Shown here piece after piece: positions 15,840 to 20,939 of a stretch of 20,939 nt of DNA. The notes below the pieces were generated by a model. The model was not told the origin of the DNA. It searched no databases and worked only from the letters and a program-made list of their open reading frames with translations. Position 1 is the first letter of the stretch; each line of letters opens with the position of its first letter. Position numbers and translations under genes: made by a program. This DNA comes from Verrucomicrobiota bacterium (GTDB taxonomy: Bacteria; Verrucomicrobiota; Verrucomicrobiia; Opitutales; Opitutaceae), in NCBI GenBank assembly GCA_016222805.1, contig JACRQG010000024.1, positions 11,062 to 32,000 on the forward strand. Direction: 5' to 3'.

Positions 15840-17591
15840 TCAGCTGGGAGCAGCTCCGGACGCCTTGGATTCGTGGAAATCCTCGGGGCGTCCGGTCGGC
15901 GAGACATAGCCGGTCCGGATCACAAAGTCGCCAAACCGCTCGCTCGGGCGGCGTTCGGCCGCGTAGCGCTGGATGATCGGACGCAGCAGTGCGGCGATGT
16001 CGGCGTCGACCACGTTGGCGCGGTAGAGCGCATTGAGGCGGGAACCATTGAAGGCGCCGCCGAGATAGACGTTGTACTTGCCGGGGGATTTGCCCACCAG
16101 CGCGATCTCTCCCAGGAACGGCCGGCCACAGCCATTGGGGCAGCCGGTCACCCGCAGGGTGACTTCCTCCTGCCGGAGGCCGACAGCGGCGAACTCCGCC
16201 TCAAGTTCGGCAACGAGTTCCGGCAGGTAACGCTCGCTCTCCGCCAGCGCAAGGCCGCACGTGGGCAGGGCGACGCAGGACATGGCGTTGAGCTTGAGGC
16301 CGGAGGCATCGTTCGCGCGATCGAGGCGGTGTTTGGCCAGGAGGGCTTCGAGGCGCGGCCGGTCGGTGGGCGCGACATTTGCGATCACGAGATTCTGGTT
16401 CGCCGTGAGCCGGAACTCCCCCTTGTGCGCCAGCGCCACCTCGCGCAGGGCGGACTTCAACCGGTACCCGGGCTCGTCCTTGACGCGTCCGCTCTGCACA
16501 AAGAGGGTGAAATGCGACCGCCCGTCGGGCAGGTTGGTCCAGCCGTAACGATCGCCGTTGTGCTCGAAATGGAAGGCGCGCGGGGTTCCCAGCGCGTACC
16601 CGAGCCGGCGCTCCACCTCCGCGCGGAACCAGGCGAGGCCGCGGTCCTCGATCGTGTACTTCAGGCGCGCGTGCTTCCGATCGGTCCGGTCGCCGTGGTC
16701 GCGCTGGACCGTCAGGATCTTCTCCGCCACCTCCACGACCTGTTCCGGAGCGCAGAAACCAAGGAGGTCAGCCAGGCGCGGATAGGTTTCGATCTGGTTG
16801 TGGGACATGCCGAGGCCGCCGCCCACCGTGACATTGAATCCCTCGAGCCGCCCGGCCGCATCGGTGATGGCGATGAAGCCGAGGTCGTTCGAAAACACGT
16901 CGACGTCGTTGTCCGGCGGAATCGCGATCGCGATCTTGAACTTCCGCGGCAGGTAGGTTCGGCCGTAGATGGGTTCGGCTTCCGGCTCGCCGCCGCCCAC
17001 GAGCAGTTCGCCGACCCAGAGTTCATGATACGCGCGGGCCCGCGGGAGCAGGTGCTCGCTGACGGCGCAGGCGAGACGGTAGACCCCGGCGTGCAGTTCC
17101 GAATGCTCGGGGTTAGCGTTGCAGATGACGTTGCGATTCACGTCCCCGCAGGCGGCGATCGTGTCGAGCAGCGCGCGGTTGATGCCGTTGATGGTGCGCC
17201 ACAGGTTGCCCTTGAGGATGCCGTGGAACTGAAAGGTCTGCCGCGTGGTGATCTTCAGGGTGCCGTTGGCGTGCTGATCGGCGAGGGCATCGAGGGCCAG
17301 CCACTGGCCGGGGGAGCATACGCCGCCGGGCAAGCGCACCCGGGCCATGAAGGAGAAGGCTTTTTCCCGCCCCGCCTTTCGGCGTTCCGAGCGGAGGTCG
17401 CGATCGTCCTGGGCATAGATGCCGTGGAACTTCGTGAGCTGGGCACTTTCCTCGGTGATCCCGCCCGTGGAATGGTCGGCGAGGTCGCGGAGGATGTGGC
17501 CGCGCAGGAAGTCGCTCTCGGCCTTGAGCTGCTCGTTCTTGTGCAGCGGCTTCGAATCGGGGGGCGCGGACGGACCGGGATGGGAGCTCAT
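15840..17591 (-). CDS. cysI: Assimilatory sulfite reductase hemoprotein (siroheme/[4Fe-4S])
   Basis: 583 aa from the ATG at 17591; the track extension to 17714 overlaps sirB. It appears colinear with my recollection of E. coli CysI across its length: ESDFLRGHI, FHGIYAQDDRD, TTRQTFQFHGI, NRNVICN, YLPRKFKIAI, TANQNL. The cluster/siroheme cysteines are CVALPTC and GCPNGCGRP. Confidence 0.93.
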   Translation of the reverse strand: MSSHPGPSAPPDSKPLHKNEQLKAESDFLRGHILRDLADHSTGGITEESAQLTKFHGIYAQDDRDLRSERRKAGREKAFSFMARVRLPGGVCSPGQWLALDALADQHANGTLKITTRQTFQFHGILKGNLWRTINGINRALLDTIAACGDVNRNVICNANPEHSELHAGVYRLACAVSEHLLPRARAYHELWVGELLVGGGEPEAEPIYGRTYLPRKFKIAIAIPPDNDVDVFSNDLGFIAITDAAGRLEGFNVTVGGGLGMSHNQIETYPRLADLLGFCAPEQVVEVAEKILTVQRDHGDRTDRKHARLKYTIEDRGLAWFRAEVERRLGYALGTPRAFHFEHNGDRYGWTNLPDGRSHFTLFVQSGRVKDEPGYRLKSALREVALAHKGEFRLTANQNLVIANVAPTDRPRLEALLAKHRLDRANDASGLKLNAMSCVALPTCGLALAESERYLPELVAELEAEFAAVGLRQEEVTLRVTGCPNGCGRPFLGEIALVGKSPGKYNVYLGGAFNGSRLNALYRANVVDADIAALLRPIIQRYAAERRPSERFGDFVIRTGYVSPTGRPEDFHESKASGAAPS

Positions 17592-18382
17592 GCGAGGGAG
17601 GGAGTGTGAGATTGGGAGAGATGGTGGAGCAAGGCTCCGGCGAGGGCCTCGACGGCCAGTTCGTGGGTTCCGAGGAGGCCGGCCAGGTGGCAGCGGGCGG
17701 GTGACTCCTGGCAAAGGGTGGCGATGTCGCCGCCGGGGCCGGCATGGCGGCCGGGCGAAAGGAACAGGGGCAGGACCACGACGTCCTGACCCGCCAGCCC
17801 GGGCTGGCGCAGCGTATCGCGCAGCAGGGGAGGGTGCCGTCCTTCCATCGAGGCGGCCACCACCCGCGTGTCCGGCAGCGACAGTGTTGCGGCGATTTCA
17901 CCCGCCAGCCGGTCGCGCAGGGCGGCGGACGCAGGCGAGGGGCCGCCGTGGTCGACGACCACAATCGGCGCCGCGGACAGGCGGCGCTGCGTAAGGACGT
18001 CACGGATACGAGAGGCCGCGATGGCAGGCACGACTCCGCGGGCCGCGATGCCTTCCGTAAAGGCGAAGGTGAAGCCTCCCGCTTCGGCCTGGAGGTGTTC
18101 GAGTTCGCGGCGCAGGGCCGAGCCGATGGCGCCCTGCGCGCTCAGGAAGAACGGGACCAGGAGGAAGTCCCGTTCGCCGGCGGCGATCCGGGAGCGGAGA
18201 AACGCGTCAACGGTCCAGGCGGGCCGACCCCCGAGTTCGGCGGCGGGAATGCGATCACTATGTTTCCAGGAGACGGCGTGCACCGGCACGCGCAGCCGGT
18301 TCGAAAGCCGGGACGCCACTTCGCGGAGATGCTGGTGGGCGGCGGGCTCGAGGGAGCCGTTGTCAATCAGCGCGACGGTCAT
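17588..18382 (-). CDS. sirB: Sirohydrochlorin ferrochelatase, two-domain CbiX/SirB type
   Basis: 264 aa from the ATG at 18382 (MTVALIDNGS...). There are two CbiX-like halves: ALIDNGS ... LLVPFFLSAQG, and VVVDHGGPS ... VVLPLFLSPGRH. ATGA start/stop overlaps occur at both ends. Confidence 0.8.
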   Translation of the reverse strand: MTVALIDNGSLEPAAHQHLREVASRLSNRLRVPVHAVSWKHSDRIPAAELGGRPAWTVDAFLRSRIAAGERDFLLVPFFLSAQGAIGSALRRELEHLQAEAGGFTFAFTEGIAARGVVPAIAASRIRDVLTQRRLSAAPIVVVDHGGPSPASAALRDRLAGEIAATLSLPDTRVVAASMEGRHPPLLRDTLRQPGLAGQDVVVLPLFLSPGRHAGPGGDIATLCQESPARCHLAGLLGTHELAVEALAGALLHHLSQSHTPSLA

Positions 18383-19251
18383 GCCGGGGCCGGCTGGTGG
18401 GTGTGGTGGGCGGTGGCGGCCTCGCCCAGCCACGAGAGGTCACGCGCCAGTGCCGCGACCTCGCCGATGACGATGATGGCCGGGGCGCTGAAGCCGGCGC
18501 GGTGCACGTCGGTCGGCAGGCGCCGGAGGGTCGAGAGCAGTTGTCGGTGTCCTGCCGTCGTGGCGGACTGGATGACGGCGGCGGGGGTGTCGGGATCGAG
18601 GCCGCCGGCCTGGAGCCGTTCGGCAATGCAGTCGAGGTTCTTCATGCCCATGTACACGCAGAGCGTCGCCCCCAGACGGGCGTAATCCTCCCAACGAATG
18701 GCCGCGCCCGGTTTGTGCGGATCCTCATGGCCGGTGAGGAACACGACTGAAGACGCGTGGGCACGATGGGTGAGCGGGATGCCGGCGTAGGCGGCGGCGG
18801 CGAGTGCCGAGGTTACCCCCGGCACAACCGCGAACGGGACGCCGGCCGCGGCGAGCGCCTGGGCCTCCTCACCGCCACGACCAAACATGAACGGGTCGCC
18901 GCCTTTGAGGCGGACGACGGTCCGGCCGGCCTTCGCCAGTCGGAGCAGCAGTTCCTCCGTCGCCTGCTGGGGCGTGCAGAAGCCGCCGCCTTTCTTGCCG
19001 ACGAAGTGGATCTCGGCATCCGGGCGAGCGAGGGTGAGAATTTCGGAGGCGACCAGATGGTCGTGCACGATGGCGTCGGCGGTGCGAATCGCCCGAAGCG
19101 CCTTGACGGTGAGGAGGTCGGGATCTCCCGGTCCGGCGCCAACCAGGAAGACAAACCCGGTGCCATCAGGGTTGGTTCCGGGACCAACCTTGTTCTCCGG
19201 GTGCGGGCTCGGGGAACCAAGGGACAGGAGGGGATCGGTCTCGTAGAACAT
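18379..19251 (-). CDS. cobA: Uroporphyrinogen-III C-methyltransferase (SUMT)
   Basis: 290 aa from the ATG at 19251. It has the SAM-binding motifs VGAGPGDPDLLT and RLKGGDPFMFGRGGEE, plus VPGVTSA. An N-terminal extension of about 30 aa carries no dehydrogenase (SirC/CysG-N) domain. Confidence 0.92.
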   Translation of the reverse strand: MFYETDPLLSLGSPSPHPENKVGPGTNPDGTGFVFLVGAGPGDPDLLTVKALRAIRTADAIVHDHLVASEILTLARPDAEIHFVGKKGGGFCTPQQATEELLLRLAKAGRTVVRLKGGDPFMFGRGGEEAQALAAAGVPFAVVPGVTSALAAAAYAGIPLTHRAHASSVVFLTGHEDPHKPGAAIRWEDYARLGATLCVYMGMKNLDCIAERLQAGGLDPDTPAAVIQSATTAGHRQLLSTLRRLPTDVHRAGFSAPAIIVIGEVAALARDLSWLGEAATAHHTHQPAPA

Positions 19252-19476
19252 GGGTCGGGCGCGCGGGTGCGAGGATGGGCGGTGGTCGGCTAGTAGGCAC
19301 CGCCGGTAGCGGCAAGGCAAGCGGCGGAAAGTGTCAAAGATGACAACATCAGTAAATATAACGAGTTTTACCCTTTACCTTTGTCGGCCGGAGTTCAAGC
19401 CTTCTTCTCCATCGCACTCACCCGAGGGTGAGAAATCACATAAAAGATTAACACACAGTAATAAGAATCTAAAGCA
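19252..19476. promoter_or_regulatory. Divergent control region of the cobA-sirB-cysI and cysH-cysD operons
   Basis: A 225-bp intergenic region. The cobA-proximal 75 bp are GC-rich. The cysH-proximal 150 bp are strongly AT-rich (taaatataacgag, tandem TTTACC(C)TTTACC at 19366-19381, ataaaagattaacacacagtaataagaatctaaagca). A small hairpin ctcacc-cgag-ggtgag is present. Confidence 0.5.
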
Positions 19477-20178
19477 ATGGCGGCCGTCCCTTCGGCGATC
19501 AACGCCCCCTTTTTCTCTCCCATGGGCAAACCAGACCTCTCTCAGTGGAATGATGAACTTCGGCAGCAGAAGCCGCTCGACATTGTTCGATGGGCGCTTG
19601 CCCAGGCGGACGGCCGGGCGATCGTCTCCACGAACTTCCGGCCTTACGAGGCCGTGTTGCTCCACCTGGTGACGCGGGCGGCGCCGGCGATTCCCGTGCT
19701 CTGGGTGGATCATGGCTACAACCGCCCCGCCACGTACCGGCACGCGGAGGTGCTGCGCGCAAAGCTGGCGTTGAATCTGAAGCCCTACCACCCGCGTTAC
19801 TCCGCGGCCCACCACGAAGCAATCTTCGGCCCGCTCCCGAGCACGGAGGATGAAAAGGGGCTCAAGGAGTTCAGCGCTCGAATGAAGTTGGAGCCCTTCC
19901 AGCGCGGGATGCGGGAACTGGCCCCGCGCGTGTGGATCACGGCACTACGGAAAGTCCAGAATCCGAACCGGGCCGCCCTGGACATCGTTTCGCACGACGA
20001 GAATTTCGGGACGCTCAAGGTCAGCCCGCTCTTCCATAGCACCGACGCCGAGTTGGAGGCCTACCTCGCGGCGCACGACCTGCCCAACGAGTGGGACTAC
20101 TTCGATCCGGCCAAGGCGGACGAAAAGCGCGAGTGCGGGCTCCATGCCGCCTGGGGAGGCCGGGCGGTGAACGCCTGA
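19477..20178 (+). CDS. cysH: Phosphoadenosine phosphosulfate (PAPS)-type reductase
   Basis: 233 aa with the C-terminal catalytic motif KRECGLH. It is colinear with E. coli CysH (VLWVDHGYNRPATYRH versus ILTDTGYLFPETYRF). The ECGLH cysteine is the only Cys, so there is no Fe-S CC/CxxC set. An alternative start is the ATG at 19522. Confidence 0.88.
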   Translation: MAAVPSAINAPFFSPMGKPDLSQWNDELRQQKPLDIVRWALAQADGRAIVSTNFRPYEAVLLHLVTRAAPAIPVLWVDHGYNRPATYRHAEVLRAKLALNLKPYHPRYSAAHHEAIFGPLPSTEDEKGLKEFSARMKLEPFQRGMRELAPRVWITALRKVQNPNRAALDIVSHDENFGTLKVSPLFHSTDAELEAYLAAHDLPNEWDYFDPAKADEKRECGLHAAWGGRAVNA

Positions 20179-20203
20179 GCGGAGTCGCCGACCACCGAGT
20201 ACC

Positions 20204-20939
20204 ATGACCAGCTACCATCTCGATCACCTCCAACTCCTCGAGACCGAGGCGATTCACATCATGCGGGAAGTCGCGGGCGAATTTGAGCGCCCGGCCCTGC
20301 TGTTTTCGGGAGGCAAGGACTCCATTTGCCTGCTGCGGCTGGCGGAAAAGGCGTTTCGTCCCGCCGAACTTCCGCTGCCGCTGCTCAACGTCGACACGGG
20401 ACATCACTTTCCGGAGTTAAACGAATTCCGCGACCGGCGGGCGCGCCAACTCGGCGCCCGGCTGATTGTCCGCACCGTCGAGGAAGCGATCGCGCGTGGC
20501 CTTGCCCAGCCCGCCGCCGGCGAGATCAGCCGGAACCGGCTCCAGATCCCGACGCTGCTGGCGGCGATCGAGGAATTCCGTTTCGACTGCTGCATCGGCG
20601 GCGCGCGACGCGATGAAGAAAAGGCCCGGGCCAAGGAGCGCTTTTTCAGCTTCCGGGACAGTTTCGGCCAGTGGGATCCGAAGAACCAGCGGCCGGAAAT
20701 CTGGAATCTCTACAACGGGCGCCTGAACCCGGGGGAGAACATGCGCGTGTTCCCGTTGAGCAACTGGACCGAGATGGACGTCTGGGAGTACATCCGCCGC
20801 GAGCGCCTGGAGGTGCCCTCGATCTACTTCAGCCACCAACGCCGGTGTGTCCGCCGCGGCGGGCAATGGCTGCCGGCCAACGAACTGGTGCCGCCAAAGC
20901 CCAACGAGGAGGTTCGCGACCTGATCGTGCGGGTGCGCA
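20204..20939 (+). CDS. cysD: Sulfate adenylyltransferase subunit 2 (5' partial, continues beyond the window)
   Basis: Not in the supplied ORF track because there is no stop in the window. My own translation from the ATG at 20204 gives MTSYHLDHLQLLETEAIHIMREVAGEFERPALLFSGGKDSICLLRLAEKAF...GGARRDEEKARAKERFFSFRDSFGQWDPKNQRPEIWNLYNG...RVFPLSNWTEMDVWEYI. This is near-colinear with E. coli CysD. Confidence 0.95.
   Translation, partial: MTSYHLDHLQLLETEAIHIMREVAGEFERPALLFSGGKDSICLLRLAEKAFRPAELPLPLLNVDTGHHFPELNEFRDRRARQLGARLIVRTVEEAIARGLAQPAAGEISRNRLQIPTLLAAIEEFRFDCCIGGARRDEEKARAKERFFSFRDSFGQWDPKNQRPEIWNLYNGRLNPGENMRVFPLSNWTEMDVWEYIRRERLEVPSIYFSHQRRCVRRGGQWLPANELVPPKPNEEVRDLIVRVR

Noticed and set aside
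15804-17609. A 601-aa + strand ORF opposite cysI. Similar shadow ORFs occur opposite sirB/cobA (17744..18685, 18757..19293) and opposite the coiled-coil gene (14405..15376).
   Set aside because: The ORF opposite cysI is phase-locked to it (15840-15804 = 36). The real genes on the opposite strand have clear family motifs, or in the case of the coiled-coil gene a TM plus heptad organisation and a matching terminator.
17592-19320. N-terminal extensions in the track ORFs of cysI (to 17714), sirB (to 18433) and cobA (to 19320). The same applies to the GT9 gene (53) and the small ORF (15165).
   Set aside because: The extensions are Pro/Arg-rich, overlap the upstream gene or the divergent gene, and precede the points where family homology begins. 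Internal ATGs give canonical ATGA-coupled junctions or family-typical N-termini.
19331-19672. A 113-aa + strand ORF starting in the cys control region and overlapping cysH out of frame, considered as a possible leader peptide or attenuator.
   Set aside because: It has no Cys/Met enrichment, no terminator/antiterminator pair that I can see, a low-complexity S/P/R-rich translation and a GTG start with no support. cysH occupies the region convincingly.
1-20939. A mobile element, genomic island, defence system or toxin-antitoxin content.
   Set aside because: I recognised no integrase, transposase or recombinase motif, no tRNA or attachment-like flanking repeat, and no nuclease, helicase or methylase gene pair. 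Composition is uniform except for three short AT-rich intergenic regions. The only unexplained genes are the coiled-coil/101-aa pair, which have no toxin-like features.

Overview
High-GC (by eye about 65%) chromosomal segment. The gene content suggests a Verrucomicrobiota/Opitutales-like bacterium; that is inference from the PATR + PEP-CTERM giant protein, the animal-like UGDH and Shine-Dalgarno-free starts. Gene order: GT9 glycosyltransferase, serS, tilS, ftsH and ugd on the + strand. Then, on the - strand, one about 7.1 kb gene for a secreted lectin-head / beta-helix-repeat / PEP-CTERM protein. Next comes a terminator-bracketed divergent pair of unknown genes: a membrane-anchored coiled-coil protein and a 101-aa protein. 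Last is a divergently organised assimilatory sulfate-reduction locus, cobA-sirB(cbiX)-cysI on the - strand facing cysH-cysD on the + strand. cysD runs off the window end and is missing from the ORF track. I see no tRNA, rRNA, CRISPR array, transposase, integrase or recognisable defence gene. Most of the window is ordinary housekeeping DNA, and I cannot honestly point to a clearly novel multi-gene system. The best candidates for something under-described are the giant lectin-PATR-PEP-CTERM protein with its nested repeat architecture, the orphan coiled-coil/small-protein pair with its palindromic control region, and the self-contained siroheme + sulfite reductase operon that lacks cysJ and sirC. 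All the very long 'extra' ORFs in the track are phase-locked antisense shadows of real genes.
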